A stretch of 64,000 nucleotides of DNA from Klebsormidium nitens (GCA_000708835.1 DF237240.1:2928-66927), one strand, 5' to 3'. Numbered from the stretch's first letter, positions 1 through 13,972 are shown. The notes: generated from the letters alone by a model not told the origin. Program-made: numbers and translations.

Positions 1-732
1 GAGTACACTCGACGGAGAAAGTACTGCCGCAGTGTACAAGTGCAATTCTGACAGACTTGGACTCGGTCCCTATACGTGGCACTCATCGGACGGTGCCAGC
101 CCCAGCCAGCGGAAAGTTCGGGACCCCGAAATGTACCTAGTTAAAGTGCGCTTTTTGACAACGGGATGGTCAATGTAGTGGTGTGCATATGTGTCCTTAA
201 TGTGCGGCCAGGCTGCGGCCGTATCATGCATGCATCATCAAGGCATCATGATCAAGTGATTCAGACAAAGAGCTAGTGACCCGGCCTGATGCCCGGGAAC
301 TCTATCAGGGAATGTGACTAAGTCAGGCATTTCTTGCCATGTACATAGGACAGCCTGTACGATTTGCAAACTATTTGAAGCTCAGTGTACGATCCTGGCA
401 CCGCAAAGGCAAGTGGTACATGCTTGACGGGATTGGCCGAACCATAGAAGGCATCCTCTTTAGTACAGACAAGGCATACTCGGCCTCCGTCAGAGTCTCC
501 AGTACCATTTTTGCGCATCAGAAAGCTGCCCAATTGGCTTGGTGCTATCTTTTAGGCCCACTTTCTGCTTCTCATTGTTTACAACATCCTCCCAAGCATT
601 CCACACCGCATCCGCCTCCCCCGTGCGTATTTCCGAATCTACAATCCCACTCGATCAAATCGAAAGTGCATCGTCTCATCCAACGCCTCATAGTCCCTTG
701 CAGCTCCTTCACATACTGCCGCACAAATCCGT

Positions 733-1881
733 TCACAATGCCGGATCCTCCACAATCAAAAAGTCGCTCTTGCCCTCGTTCTCCCCCGCTTCCAGCACCC
801 CTTCCACATACATGACCTCTTTATCCTTCCTGATCTTCTGCTTTGCCAGGTCCAACGGACTCAGCCTCTTCCCTCCGCTCCCTTTCCCCTCTGTTTCTTT
901 GTCCGCAAACCTTCCCCCCCGGGACGCCCCCTCTTCACCTGCCGTCGCGAGTTTCGCCGCTAGCTGCGCCGCAGCTTTGCTGACAACCTTGTCTTCCGGT
1001 GGATATAGAGGGTCTTGACCAAGCGCCTTGGCCCGCTTGGCCACGGCTGCGCTCACAACTTCCAAGCGCTTGCGCCCCTCCTCCACAGCCAGCGCAACCT
1101 GCAACATGCTTTTGTGAGTTAGCTCTGAAGAGGGAGCGGTGGCGATGGGTCTGTAATCCTTGCTTTCAAAACTAGGATTCATATTTGAAAATCAGACCGC
1201 TTGAGATGGAATATGGAAGTTGATGCAGAAGGTGATACGCTTGGCCAGACTTTGGTTGTCAATAGCGCCTTCTCAAAACCCACAGATTCCATCTTAAAGG
1301 CAAGATGAGGAAAAGCCTGCTTTTCTGTTGTTGATACAGCGTCAGTACACGAAATGGGCAGAGTTCTGAATCAAGAACTCTGCAAGCTGATATCAGACCC
1401 TTGAAGGGGATCCCCAAATTCAAGCGACCTCCATCAAGAGAGCTTTTGGAACGTGTTAGGCAATCAGCGTGATAGTCCTTAAAAAGATGCTTCTGATTGG
1501 ATTGATCTTCCTTTCCACGACGTTGTGAAAGATGGAAATCACTAGCACACAACACTGACACAACAATCACATGGGGCTTGAAGAATGGTTGGCGCAGCGA
1601 AGCATGTTTGAAATGTACGAACCACAAATCATGTCGCTTTGAAGGGGTTTGCCAGCTTTATCTCTATTGTCTAGGGGGTCCTACCTCGGATGTTCCCCTG
1701 TTTCCAAACCAGCGTCTGAAGAGACTGGTCCAATCACCCTGCCCTGGAAGCCAGTCTTGAAAGGGGTCTATCCAACTATCCTGTGCTAGTCTCCGCCCCT
1801 TGAAAGCTAGTTGAGTTGTCCTGTCCCCACTTTGCCGACGAACTTCATCTATGTCCCTGGTTCCAATTGCCCGAGTTTTTC
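733..1881 (-). CDS. Fragmentary multi-exon gene of unknown product (candidate exons 1881-1738 and 1098-733)
   Basis: ORF 733..1182 has a TTGCAG acceptor at 1099-1104 followed by a charged/helical segment (VALAVEEGRKRLEVV...). 1881-1738 is an AG...GT-bounded, stop-free segment (GKTRAIG...DPFQDWLPGQ). The phases do not join directly and no homology was recognised. Confidence 0.3.
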
Positions 1882-2316
1882 CTAGATCAGCAGTGCGACA
1901 CAAAGGCCGGTACTTGAGAAGATGACGAGTAGAAGAATAGCTCTTAGAAGTGGTCGAAGAGCCATGATTTGATGCCAAAGATCCTAAACCTCCAGGATCC
2001 CACGGGCAACCCTCTTTCAGCTGATATTTAGCTCAGTAGCAACTGAGCTCATGGGGCCCGAAAAGACAAAAGTGGGGCTCCATGGAGATTTGTGATTGTG
2101 GCAGAGCCCGTTTGGATTGCTTGCACGGATCTCAAAGTCCTCTGCTTGCAGCACTTGCTGCTCCGACACCGAAGAGTAATGGCAGAAGCAGAGTTGCTTT
2201 GCAGCACTGGTGCAGCAGAGAGAGAAGCAAGGACTCCGCTGCTGCCCCCATGTGCCCCATTGCTGTTGCTTGCAAAGCTAGCGTCCAACTTTTCGAGGTA
2301 TAAAAGTCGATATCTG

Positions 2317-2847
2317 AGGGACAAATAGGTCCGATGATAATCCCCGATCGGCGGACAAATCGGGCCTATGACACAAATGGTATCCAGTGTCCCAGAGTCA
2401 CAGGGAAGCCCCGGGCACACACTAAAACCAAAAGGACTTGCTCGGTTGCTAGTTGCAGTAGTGTAACCCTAAAGCGGGAAGTGCCCGGTTGTCACCCGGT
2501 TGCCCGCGAGACCCTAATGTCACAGGGAGGGCCCGGTTGCTTCCCGGGCGGTGTGCGAGACCCTATGGCTAGTGGACTTGCAGTGTTGGTGGCAACCCGG
2601 GGCAAGCCGTCGCGAACCACCACCCCACCCCCTCCAATAAGGGGCGCCGCCCTTATGTACTGCAATTCAGACGGTCGCGGCGAGCAGATTTGTGGGTCGA
2701 CACGGTTGCGGCGATGACGGTCGATATCGAGCGGTGCGTTGAAGATCGGACGGTGATGATGCAACACCGGTGCCACCCCGTTTGTCAAAGTGTCATAGGC
2801 CCGATTTGTCCGCCGATCGGGGATTATCATCGGACCTATTTGTCCCT
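2317..2847. mobile_element. MITE-like non-autonomous DNA transposon, 531 bp, with perfect 58-bp terminal inverted repeats
   Basis: 2317-2374 (AGGGACAAATAGGTCCGATGATAATCCCCGATCGGCGGACAAATCGGGCCTATGACAC) is the exact reverse complement of 2790-2847. The interior has repeated CCCGGTTG and GCGAGACCCTA motifs and no credible ORF. No clean TSD: TGA/TGG flank GGG...CCC ends, a near-match to a 3-bp PIF/Harbinger-type TSD. Confidence 0.8.
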
Positions 2848-3302
2848 GGAATTTGGCACTTTTATTACTGAACTTTTCACATGTCACATTTTCAGCAATT
2901 GCATCTGGAAAAGTTAGCAGCGGTTACCAGGTGGGTTTTCAACACACGCTGGGTTACGCAATGACAAGAAGTTTAACCTGCTGGTTTTGCGCTGCGGGTA
3001 TACCTACTGCGCAGCGCAGTAAGCCCTTGCTGGTCAGCTTAAGCCTTAACCTCCCCTGAAGGTACATAACAAAGTTTGGTATTGATGTGGGTTTGTGATG
3101 GGCGTGCAATGCTGAACGTATGTTCTGAGCACAGCAACAACAGTGTCAACACATGGTGGTTCATGGCGCACCTTCACTGTCCTCCTGGCCCTGAAAATCC
3201 ACAGGGGAATCATGCAGTACGCTCAGACAAGCTCAAAACCATGCTGATTGACTTTCTAGGCAGCCTTGTTGAGTAGAGCAATCTTTCGATGCTCACGGAG
3301 TC

Positions 3303-6300
3303 ATGGCGAGCTGGCTGAGCTCGAGGTTGAAAGCTGCGGAGCAATTCCTTAACCAAGTGAGCGCTCTTCATGAATTTGCGAAGGTTGCACTTTATGGCAA
3401 GAGCATCGGGGTTTATTCAGAACAAGCTCCTCCTTTCCTTCAGGCACCGTCTCAATCATCTCAAATCAGCAAAGGTTTGTGAAAAAAGCCTAGCCCCACC
3501 TGGACTCGGTTGTAAAAGGGGTCATGACCATTCTGCTGCTATTGTCCATGCATTATGGTTCCTCAGGCGGATTCTTTGAGCAGATTATGACAATGTAACA
3601 GATGATGCAACAGAGCAACAGGTCTAAACATCACAGGTCTGCATTTGGCGTCATGTGTGCAATTGAACCACCTTCATGACCTCTCCCATTTGGCTTAAGC
3701 TTCCTCAAGTAGCCAAGCACTCTCTGCAGTCAATGCATGGTCATTCCACTTGGAGATTCTTTCAATTTCCCCAGGGCTTTCAATGGGTGAAAGCTGTGCA
3801 TCGTCTTGTAGAGGGATGATAGCACCTGAAGATAGCACTCATGAATATCAATTCCATCCGCCCCGACTGTTTCTGGCTTGCCAGTCTCTCAGCCAAAGTA
3901 ACAAATAGACTGTTTGCATTGCAGATAGACGCAACTGCGGCGGACCGTGCACTGAAGGCCAAGGAGCGCTTGCAGCAGGGCCTCGGTTCCGACACTGAGG
4001 GCGCCGAGCCCCGCTACAACAATGACTTCTCCCGGACCGTTAGCGATCTCTCCTTTACTGATGAAGGCCCTGCCACTGGTCGCACTTCCGGCCACAGCGG
4101 AGATGAGAGCTCGGAAGCTGCTTTCTCAGCTAGGCGAGAGGGCTTTTCTCGAGCCCCCCAATCAAGGGAGCGGAGCTCGTTCAAGAAGGTCGAAGCGCCC
4201 CCCGCTGCGGATTGGACAGAGTTGCTTAGAAGTGACAAGAATGGACCGGGGAGCGGTGCAAAACTTGTGCGCACGGCTAGTAACGTCAGTGCGCAGGCCC
4301 CTCGGGCGTCCCGCGTTCCCAATAGGGGGGGAAGTGGTCCTGTTGATTCAGCCCCGCAATTGCAAATGCCACTTCCGAAAACCGATGGGAAGGTTTCTGA
4401 GGGAAAGACGGGCAGCATGGTTCTGCCAGCGGAGTCTTCGTCCGGGTCTGTGGTCACAGCGCCTGGCAAGTTTCCTTCTGCACTCGAAGATGAGGCACTG
4501 TCAATTAGAAGCAATGACCGACGGCCGTCTGACGAAGGGGCAACTGCTAACAAGGGGGAAATGGGTACGGCGCCGGGGGGTGTGAATGGACAAGCTGACT
4601 GTGTAAAGGGGCGTCACGAGGGGGCAGTGATGGACCAACCTGAGTCTATAAGCTCGTCTTTGGAGCCTGTTCACACCGTCGACGCTGATGAACCTGGGAC
4701 CAGCGAATTGAAGCAGGAAACCGAGCAACAGCGGGGCATAGTGCGAAATGGTTCGGGGCTAGAGGCTGTCATTCCCACCAGTGACAGCGAGGAAGAGAGT
4801 GTGGCTGCAGTGGAAGGGCGGCGAAGCAGTGGGAGCGGGGACGAGAAAGGGGGCGTGTCTGGTGGGGAGACAGAGGGGCAACTGGGGACCGTTTCTGAAT
4901 CTGTGCAACAACCGCCGAGCGCAGTCGAGGGCGGCGAGTCAGCTGCTGGGTTAGCGGTAGCCGCCACTACTCCAGAAACAAGTAATTCTGAAGAAACGAA
5001 CCAATCGAGCGCAGTTCGTGCAGAAAGAGAGGGGTTTCCCACACCCATAGAGGCCAGTTCCGCTCGCACAGTAAGTGCAGCTCGTGAGTCGTTGCCAATC
5101 CCCCCTGAAGAGGAGATGCCTGGACCCAGCAAACCAGAAAGCAGCACGAAGGAGAAGAAAGCAGGGTCGCATCAGCGGAACTTCTCGATGCGCGAGTATC
5201 TGGGGCAAGATCTGTCGGTGAAGGAGATTGAAACGGAGGGCGTCGACACGGATGCGGACAGCGAGAGCGGGACGGATGAGGAGACGGACTCGGATTCAGA
5301 TGACAGCGAGGATGAGCGCGCGGCGGAACTGCAGCGGCAGAAAGAGGAGGTGAGAGCACGCTCTTGGACGTTTGCTGGGGATTTTTAAGTGACTTCAGTC
5401 GATTTGGTCTGTATTAAGATCTCGTGCAACCAATTGTTCGGTCTGCCTCGGATTGGGGAGCATGTTCTGTGGAGAAAAAGTGACTTGCTACAGAATCGAT
5501 ACAGTGCTCGTTCCATGTTTCATCGTTCGCTGGAAGACTAACCTTATGTATCCAACTAAAAAGGTTCTGAAGCCTGAAAAGTTTTCCGAGTATTCTTTGA
5601 CCTCTCAAGTTCCCTCTAAAGAATGCACGCCAGAACCCGGCCTACAATGGTTCCTTGCCTTGAAATATACCCTCTTTTCTTCGTTCACTTTCGATACTTT
5701 TGTGCTCTTTCCGATGCAGGCAGAGCGACAAGCGATCGAGCGGCAGAAGGCGGCCGCCGCCGCGGCTGCGCTCGAAGTGACCGCTGCAGAGACGGCGGGC
5801 CGTGCGGTGAAGGAGCGAGAGGACGTCGTGGCGCTGCTGGAGAAGGAGAAGGAGGAGCTGCAACTAGAGGCGGCGGATGCCTTAGAGAAGCACGCAAAAG
5901 AGGTAAGCGAGACGAGGTGTTGAGACGAGGAGCGCTTCGTTTCACAGTTTGGTTGAGAAGAGGTGTTTTCCAATTCGCCTCTGTGGTTTGCGAACTATGT
6001 TTTCCATCTGCCCTAACCCTCCAATCGGTTGGATAAACGTAAATGAAAGGCCCTTGAGTTCTGGTCGCCCTTAAATAAAATCGACATGCTTCGCCCTGGC
6101 AACGATTTTGACATCTTGTAGCATGTTTTGACAAAACCTTTCAGATGTCTCCTTTCTTCTGACTTTGCCCTCTTCGTTTACCGAGCTGGCGGCCGAAAGT
6201 TCATAAGGCGTCTGATTCTATTCTGCATCAATATCTATCGCCATCCTTCCCTTGTCACTCGTATGAGACCCCATATAGCGTCCCCCTTCTATCCTTCTAT

Positions 6301-9300
6301 CTTGTTTTCAACCCTCCCGGTCATACAAACGGGCGCCTTCAGTTCGAACAGAACCCCGCCTTAGAGTTGTTTTGGGTTTTGGCTCTCATTATTCTCGTTG
6401 GATACCTTTTGGAAGGTCGTACCTCGTGCTAATCAGCTATTATGTTGCCCATGCAGATTGCGCGGCTCCGTGCGACGGCAACAGCAGGGTCCAAAGCCGC
6501 CCACGTGGAGAAGTCGTCTCACAGTAGCACCAGAATGGAGACGTACAGCAAAGAGGAACAGCTCGTGGTGAGGGGTCTGGACTGGTGGAAAGGCGTCCGT
6601 TGTTGTTTGTTATCCGTCAACTTCTGTTAGGAAGAGGCGAGAGTGGATTGGGTCTGAAAAACAGGTGTCTGAGTCAAAGGTGTTGGATTGCAGAAAAAGG
6701 CGTCCGTTTTTCAGAGAAACGGCATTTCATCTCGAAAAAAAGGTTCATGAGTTGCGTCTGATTGTCTGAGACAAGGGTCCGATATGCTGGAAGAGGCGCT
6801 CGTTTTACGGGAGGTCGCATCCTTTATGCTCAAATCAGGCTCTTGCGAATGAAGAGGCGCATTGAGCGTACACGAGACTGATCTACCGAGATCCAATGAG
6901 CTTTTAAAGCCCACTTCGTGAAATGTCCCGATGTCACTGGTGTCTGGGGCAAAATAGACAATTATTCGGTCCCGCTTGTGTCATCGTCGCCAAGTGCTGA
7001 CGGAAGTCATCGACTCCTGCAGATGGAGAATATTGAGAAAGCGAAGGCTCTGGCGGCGGCGCAGCGGGCGCTGGAGGGCGTCGTGGCCCAGGCTTTGGAA
7101 GCGCGGCGGAGAGTGGAGGAACGGGAACTGCACCGGGCAGGTCAGCGGGCTCCTCTTCCGTTGGATTATTGTTGTGGACTATTTTGCGGATCCGTCGAAA
7201 CGTGCCTTGTGCTTTGAGGGTTGTCTGCCTGGGGTCAACGGGTAACTTTCTTTCAACGCGTTGAAAATGTGTCCTCTGCTAATAAGGTTGTCTTTCCGAT
7301 TTTTGGTAACAGCTGCACGCTACGCCCAACGACGCTTTCGGTACCGCTGCACACTTGATGTTTCGGTCTTCCGCAATGGTGCATTGTTATACACCTTCTC
7401 GAGCGTCCTGTTGATTGCGTATGCAGCATTGAGCCCTTCTGCTCAGTGTCACTACAATGGTCCGGCAGCTTCTCAGGATGAAGCGAGACCTGTTTGTGCT
7501 TCCTTCGTCACGGATTCGTTTGAGCTACGAAACTTGGTTCCTCCTCAACTGACCCTTTTCCTTCCTGCTTTTCCAGAGCTTCAAAAGCAGCTGTCAGAAG
7601 CGCAGCAGCAATTGCGACGGCTGCAGGAGAGTCCTGAGCCCGCGGCCTCCACGTCAGCTCAGGCGGCGACCGCGCTTGCCGCCGAGCGGGAGCGCGTGGA
7701 AGCTGACGTCACGAGGAAAAAGCAGCGGGTGAGAGGGCAACGGAACCTTTCAACCTCGTTTATAGTACCTATGTCAGATTTCTCTTCTAACAGCTGTCTT
7801 TCGTAGCGACCAGGAATAAGAAAAGGAGCCGGGCATAAAGTGGGTCGGATGAACGTAAAGAACCCTCTTCTTGATTTGTAGCACCTTCGCGCGTCCCCAA
7901 TAGGAACACTTGTCCAGCACGATATGGACGTTTCTGGTTCTCTTGCCAGCACCTTTTCACCCCTTTCTCTAACCTGCCATGCCTCCGTATTCTTCACCTT
8001 GCCGTCCTGTTCCGTGTTGTTCCGTTCCGTTCTGGTTCTGTTCCGCTGGCATCGACGACTCAGCGCCGCCCGTGCAGGTTATCGAGCTCGAGGCGCGGCT
8101 GGCAGCGGTGGCGGGGCAGAAGCGGGAGCCGAGCGAGCGGGAGCGAGAACTAGAGCGGCGGCTACAGAGCCTGACAGACCACCTGATCCAGAAGCAGGCG
8201 CAGGTGGAGGCGCTCGCCAGCGAGAAGGCCACGCTCGCGCTGCGGCTTGAGGTATGCGAGTCTCGCTTTCTCTTGTCCTCGTCTCTTTGGATATCTTGTG
8301 CGGTCAGCGAACATTTGGAAATTGGACTTTCCAATAACGCGCGTACGAACTGCTTTTTCTGGAACGAATTTATCTTTGTCTATTTTGTCTCAAGAGAAAG
8401 ACTCGCACTTCTTCTTCGTCACAATGTACTTGGTGATATTTAGCGCCCCCGGTCAAAAAAGCAGTCTTCGCATGTGATGCTTGTCATCAGAGTGTCCTTG
8501 TTCGATATTGCTAGGCTCGCCTCCAGTGTTCCAAAACGTTTCCTGCCTGCACAGAAACGTTGGCATTCTCAAGGGTTGACAAGATCAGAGAAAGCGTTTG
8601 CTGAGAAGCAAAATGTTGCTTACCGTCTGTGAACGTTCCCTCCCCAGACCGTCAGCTCGAGCCTGCACGACGACGAGAAGGGCGACGGTCCGTTCCGGAA
8701 GCGGAGCAAGCACACCCGGCAGAGCGGAACGGAATGGTGGCTAGAGGACGACCTTGAATACGGCTCCGCCAAGTAGGGCCTCCCACTGCTTCTGGTTTCC
8801 GCTCCTCCGCATTCCGCCATCTTCCGATTCCGCTTTTCTCCTAATCCAATGTTTTTCATTTCATTGTGGTACATGGTAATGCCTTTCTGACTCCTTTTTA
8901 TTTCTCTCGAGCGTCGTTTACCTTCTGAACCCTAATCGACTAGGCGGTAACTTGGTCTTCGAGACAGAGGTTCACGTTACCAACGGGTGCTTTGCTTGCA
9001 TATTCCATTTACGTCCCTTGCAATGCCGCTCGCCAAGTCGTTTGACTATCCCTTTTCCGGCAACATGGTTGAATTTTGAGTGTCGACCTTTCACGACTTT
9101 AGTTGAATGATTTGGGGCTGCGGAACACATGCAAGTGGACAAGAGCAGTTTCGCAAAGCCACTCGCTTGTTCCATTGCTAAGAGTAATTAGCCATTGAGG
9201 CTTGACCCCATTTGCTTTTCGCTTCCGCAGCGAGCGTGCTGGTCGGAGTGGCCGCCCGGCCACTTTCGATTCCGACGCTTCTGACGATGACGACTCAAAG

Positions 9301-9576
9301 AAGCATCGGGGCAGCATCCTCCCGGGCGCCCTCGTCACTGCGCTCCAGCGCTTCGATAGCCTCACTCTCGGCGGCGGGCGGTTCCTCCGGTTCAACACCC
9401 CCGCCCGCGTCTTGCTTGCGCTTTATCTCCTCCTGTTGCATGCGTGGGTGCTGTTAGTCTGGTCGGTCCAGTCCGACCATGCACTCAGTAACAGCGCGGC
9501 AGGGGTGAATCATGCGGTCGGAGGAGCGGCGAGCAAAGAGGTGTCAGACGTGTGGCTTCCGGGGAGGGGCCACTGA
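3303..9576 (+). CDS. GC2: Golgin-84 family coiled-coil tail-anchored Golgi protein (plant GC2-like), 895 aa
   Basis: Exons 3303-3356, 3925-5349, 5720-5902, 6457-6567, 7023-7140, 7577-7728, 8078-8251, 8648-8772, 9231-9576; all introns GT-AG, phases consistent, total 2688 nt. N-terminus MASWLSSRLKAAEQFLNQ-ID, the motif LTDHLIQKQAQVEALASEKATL and the C-terminal TM segment FLRFNTPARVLLALYLLLLHAWVLLVW all match golgin-84/GC2 as I recall them. Confidence 0.9.
8009..8047. repeat. Degenerate (TTCCG/TTCTG)n microsatellite in a golgin intron
   Basis: gttccgtgttgttccgttccgttctggttctgttccg just upstream of the exon-7 acceptor. Confidence 0.5.
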
Positions 9577-10378
9577 CGTCGGCGCTCTGCCTCAAGGTCT
9601 GCGACGTCTCAATTCTGAGCTATCATAGAAGGCTTCCGGCATCACCTCTTTCAGTTCGTTGTAAATACATAGGATAACCATGCACGCTACACACAATTCG
9701 AACACGATAAGGTTCCACCACCAGTGAAAGCACGAAGCGCAATTCAACCGACGCACCAGTCTCTTGACAATGCATAACCTGTAACATTCATGCGAATGCA
9801 GCAGAGGACAACTCAGAGCGTGAGTGCATGTGCATGTATGCCTGTACACAATAAATGTCGGACTCGTGCTAAGCAATCCAATTATAACCTCTTAATTTAC
9901 ATTTTAAAGAGCTAGGCATATTGAATCCGCAACATTCGATGTACCGGATGGCGGCCAAATGATACAATGATAAGCTGGCCAAATTAAGCGCGTCGGATCT
10001 AATTGATCCACATTACAAGTGCTCTGTATACATGTACTACGCGCAGACCAACCATGCATAAGGTCATGCGCACTTGGTTGATGGTCAGATCCGTGTCACG
10101 CATGTGCCAGCTGTTCGCACATGTTACATACACCGGTCGAATGATCGTTAGTCGCCTCTGAATGGCCGCATATTACCGTCCTGATGTGTTCGAAGTTAGT
10201 ATAGGCTAGCGCGTTTGCGCAGGTTGCACATCTAGACTGTTCCCACTCGGACAAAAGGTCCTGCCTCCTACCATTCTATCGATGTCATGGTGCCCATGTC
10301 AGCGTGCAATTGTGCAGACACACTCAATGTTTTCATAGTGTGCAACCGGATCGATGAAAGAGCAAGCTACTTCCTGAG

Positions 10379-13300
10379 CTATCCGTCTTCATCAGCGGCA
10401 CGCACGCGATATCTCTTGTTCGGCCTTTCACCATTGCTTTTCTTCCTGAAGCCCCGAAGCTCACCATTGCCTTCAGCCCCCACTGACTCGCTCATCTCAT
10501 TATCTTCCTCGTCATTATACAGCGACTGCGTCAGCTCCTCTATGCTAGCGGCGATCGGTATCTGAGGCTTCGGCGCACCTGCACCGTTCTCTTCATCCTT
10601 AACCCCTCTTTCATTGCCCTTTGCACTATCTACATCCTTCTCAGCGACACATTTCCGCCGCTTTACAAACTTTACAGGCAGGTTCGACCTCTCCCCCTCC
10701 ATCGCGCTCACATCAGCTCCCTCCGCTTCTACAGAAACATCCCCGTTAGTCTCACCCCCCGCTTGCGGCATCTCCGCCGCTTCCTCAAAGCGGATGTTCC
10801 CAATCTCCCCCTTGAGCCGCCCCACTGCCGCTAGAAAAGCCCCTTCGTTCTGCTTCGCTTCGGACGCTGTCCCGTCCATATTCCGCTCGTCCTCTTCGTC
10901 CGACCAGTCCAGCGTGTACACCGTATACCGTTCTGGATGCCGTACATGATCCGGAACCCGGCTCGCCTGCGCAGCATACCCGGGCCGCCGGTGTGGTGGC
11001 ACGTAGCGCTCCCCGTTTGCCACCCCCCTGCCTCTTGAACCCTGTAAGCTTCCCCCCGCTGCCCCGCGCCCAGGGCCACCCCTAAAGAGTTTCCCCAAGT
11101 CCTCTTCCGTCTCCTTGTCCCGGGCTCTCTGCTCATCCCGGTCGGTAACCTCCTCGGTGAAACGGACCCGCTTCTTAGACCGGGGTTCGTCTGCCTCGAT
11201 GCCCGGCTTCTCAGGTGGCCGTTTCAGCGCCCCAGCCGCGGGGGCGGGTTTGACGTTGTTTGACATGAACCCGCTTCGGTAGTTTGGAAAATTCAGCGGT
11301 TGTTCGTCCGGAATTGGCTCCGCCCCATCTACAAGATCTGCAGCGCCCTGTTCTTTCTCATCCAAGCCGTTGGTTCTCGACGGCCCTGCCTCAGAAGCGG
11401 AGCTAAAAGGCAACACTCCTTCCACCGGAGAATCCTCAACAGCGTCCTCCGATCCACTCTCCTCCCATCCTTTGCTCCCAGCCTCACCTCCAACTCGCTC
11501 TTTGCTTGCTTCGGCATCATCAAAAGCTGCTTCGTCAAACTCCACATCCCTGGTACCAGCTTCCCTGGAACCTTCCGCACTCTGCTCCGAAACCCCACCC
11601 TTTCCTTCATCCATTTCCTCAGCCTCCTCATTTTCCCGACCAACTAGTTCCACAGCTCGCTTTAGGGCTTTCGTTGAGCCTGGCTTGCTGGGGGCCTGCC
11701 CTGAAGTTTCCTCTGCTCCGCCGCGCTCCACAATCTTCGCCCGCTCTAGTTCCTCGTCGTCCTCTTGCAGCCGTTTCGCTGCGGCGTCACGGTTGGCCCG
11801 CAGGTCCCGGCGCCCGCGCGAGAAGCTGACGTGCTTTGCAAACGGCTCGTCCGCATCGCCGATTGCTGACGTGTGCATGCGACCCAGAGGATCTGTCCCG
11901 GTGGGGGCCGCCATGCGGTCGTAGCCGTCCTCTTCTTCCTAAAGGAAACGAATGAAGACCTGGGTGAATACTTAACCGACTTCAGGTCCGTCCTGCTCTA
12001 GTCTTGCAAGTACTCCTGGCTTAGGGCTGGGTTGGCTCAGGATGTATTTGAAGAAGGCTGAAACTTTGCAGCCACAGTTGCTTTAAGTCGAGGCTTGTTT
12101 GGTCACTCATGTTGTCTAAAGTTTTAGTGGCTCTTGGCTGGTTTTTGACCATTGCAGAGGTGCGACAAGGCAAAGCGTTGGCCAATTTTTTTTACGAGTG
12201 GACAGTTGTTTCCCCACTTCTCTTTCCGTCTGCTTGTCGCCCCTCTTTCTGCAACATTGTTCAAGCATAGGTTTCGCGTTCTCAAACCAAGCCAGAGGGC
12301 CAACTTGCGAAGGCCACTCCCTGAGATACCTCTTCATACTATTACAAAGAGTGAATCAGAGTGATTTGAGTGCTTCTTAAGTTCGGGGCTTGAGAAGTGA
12401 CGAGCTTCTGAGCCGGAGGAAGAGTGCAGCTCAAAAAGCTGGACTACCATCACGTGACTTGGGCAGCCAGCCAAACAATCAACCAGCTCTGCTTCAGCTT
12501 GCGGTTGAAGAGATTCAAGAGACTGAACCAGATGGCATTCTCATGATTCTTTTAAGCATCAATAAAGATCTTGACTCTTCAGTATAATATCCACGACCAG
12601 ATGACATACCGGCCTTGTCAATGTGCCTCGCTTGAAAGTCTGAACATATATCATAAAGAGCACACCGCCCTTTTCAAAGTCCCCAAACACTTGATTGCAC
12701 CCAAAGTTTTTGCCTGAAAGGACCGCCCCAGCCATGCACAGAGAAACCAACTCGGTTCTTCTAATAAAGCATCATTAGCAATCTGCAGACAACAGGAAGA
12801 AACGGCACTTCCCACCACCACTATTTGCAAAACCGGTGCATGCCGACCCACCTCATTGTCAAGCGCATCGTCTTGTCCAATCATCTGCCGCACCCACTCT
12901 CCTTCCTCCTCAGCGTTCTCCGGCTCTTCTGTCAGCGGAACGTAGCTCACCATCTCTCCCTCTGCATCCCCGTCCCCCTCTTCATCCCCTTCCCCCTCTC
13001 GTCCTTTTGAAACCTCCCCCTTCCTCTTCTTATCAAACTCATCATCATCGCTGCTCTCAATCTCCTCCCACATCCGTTTCTTGCGCTCAACTTTCTGGGC
13101 GACAGACCACAGCGGTGCACCATCAGCAGTCTTTTCAGGGCCAGGTAGAACCACATCCCTCCTTTTTGAAACAAGACCAAACCCCCGGGACGAAGCTAGC
13201 TGCCAATCAGAAACAGGTTCAGAAACGCCAGCGTTGTCTCCCGTGACGGGCCTGATCGCTTCTGTGCTGGATACAAAAGTACGGTCACCGTCAATGACAG

Positions 13301-13403
13301 CAGCTGTCTGGGGAGGTGTTCCTGAAGTTTGAGTCCCAGACAACGGCATGGCCCCTCCAAGGGCACCAAAGGCCCGCGCCACCCTATCGCTGAAGGCCTC
13401 CAT
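10379..13403 (-). CDS. TSSC4: TSSC4 (U5 snRNP assembly factor) family protein, 2 exons, 703 aa
   Basis: Exons 13403-12852 and 11938-10379 with a phase-0 GT-AG intron. The junction gives QMIGQDDALDNE|EEEDGYDRMA, matching the plant motif IGLD.TLD.EEEED.YD. N-terminus MEAFSDRVARAFGAL and the TSSC4 core VPDHVRHPERYTVYTLDW are present. Confidence 0.85.
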
Positions 13404-13972
13404 CTTCTCTTCTCTGAAGCTGCGCAAACGAGTCCACACATGTGCACCATGTTGTCATTGAAAATGCTTCGAAGTTTGAAGGCTCTCACGAACTCCCTTG
13501 CTATTCTCCAGATTTTCTTTTGAGATAAAATCTTACTTTGTATTGCTCCCAAATTCTTCTAATTTGGCGGCCAACTTTTAGATTTTCAGATCTTCAGAGG
13601 CCTTGTTTTACGCCTTGTAGTACGCTCACTCAGATTGTGACTCCAGCTCGGGAATCGACAACGTCCAGGTTGGATCCTGTGCAAGCAAAGCATATAAGCG
13701 ACATAAAGGAGCTCATATATGGCCTCTATTTTCTAATTTCTTTCATTGTTTTTGCATTTCTTATCAAGGTTAATTTTGTCAGCTGCTGGAAGCAGGCAAG
13801 CTGCACAAACTATTGAAGACGCAGGAAGAAACAGGAAGGTTGAGTGCGAGGTCCCTTCGCAATGCTGGTGGATAGCTGAAAACAGCTGCTCAATTCTATG
13901 ATCTTATGTTGTAGAGCTTGGACTCGGCATACAGGCGTCAGATCTCTTTTTGTGCTCCCGTCTCACAATGTG

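Noticed and set aside
4014-5359. Long antisense and alternative-frame ORFs over golgin exon 2 (similarly over TSSC4, NOP58, PP2C, SAT and APC4 exons)
   Set aside because: Shadows of GC-rich, low-complexity coding sequence; Ser/Pro/Arg-rich with no motifs or splice support.
12765-12782. ATGATGC C-box-like motif in the TSSC4 intron
   Set aside because: No D box or terminal stem at a suitable distance.
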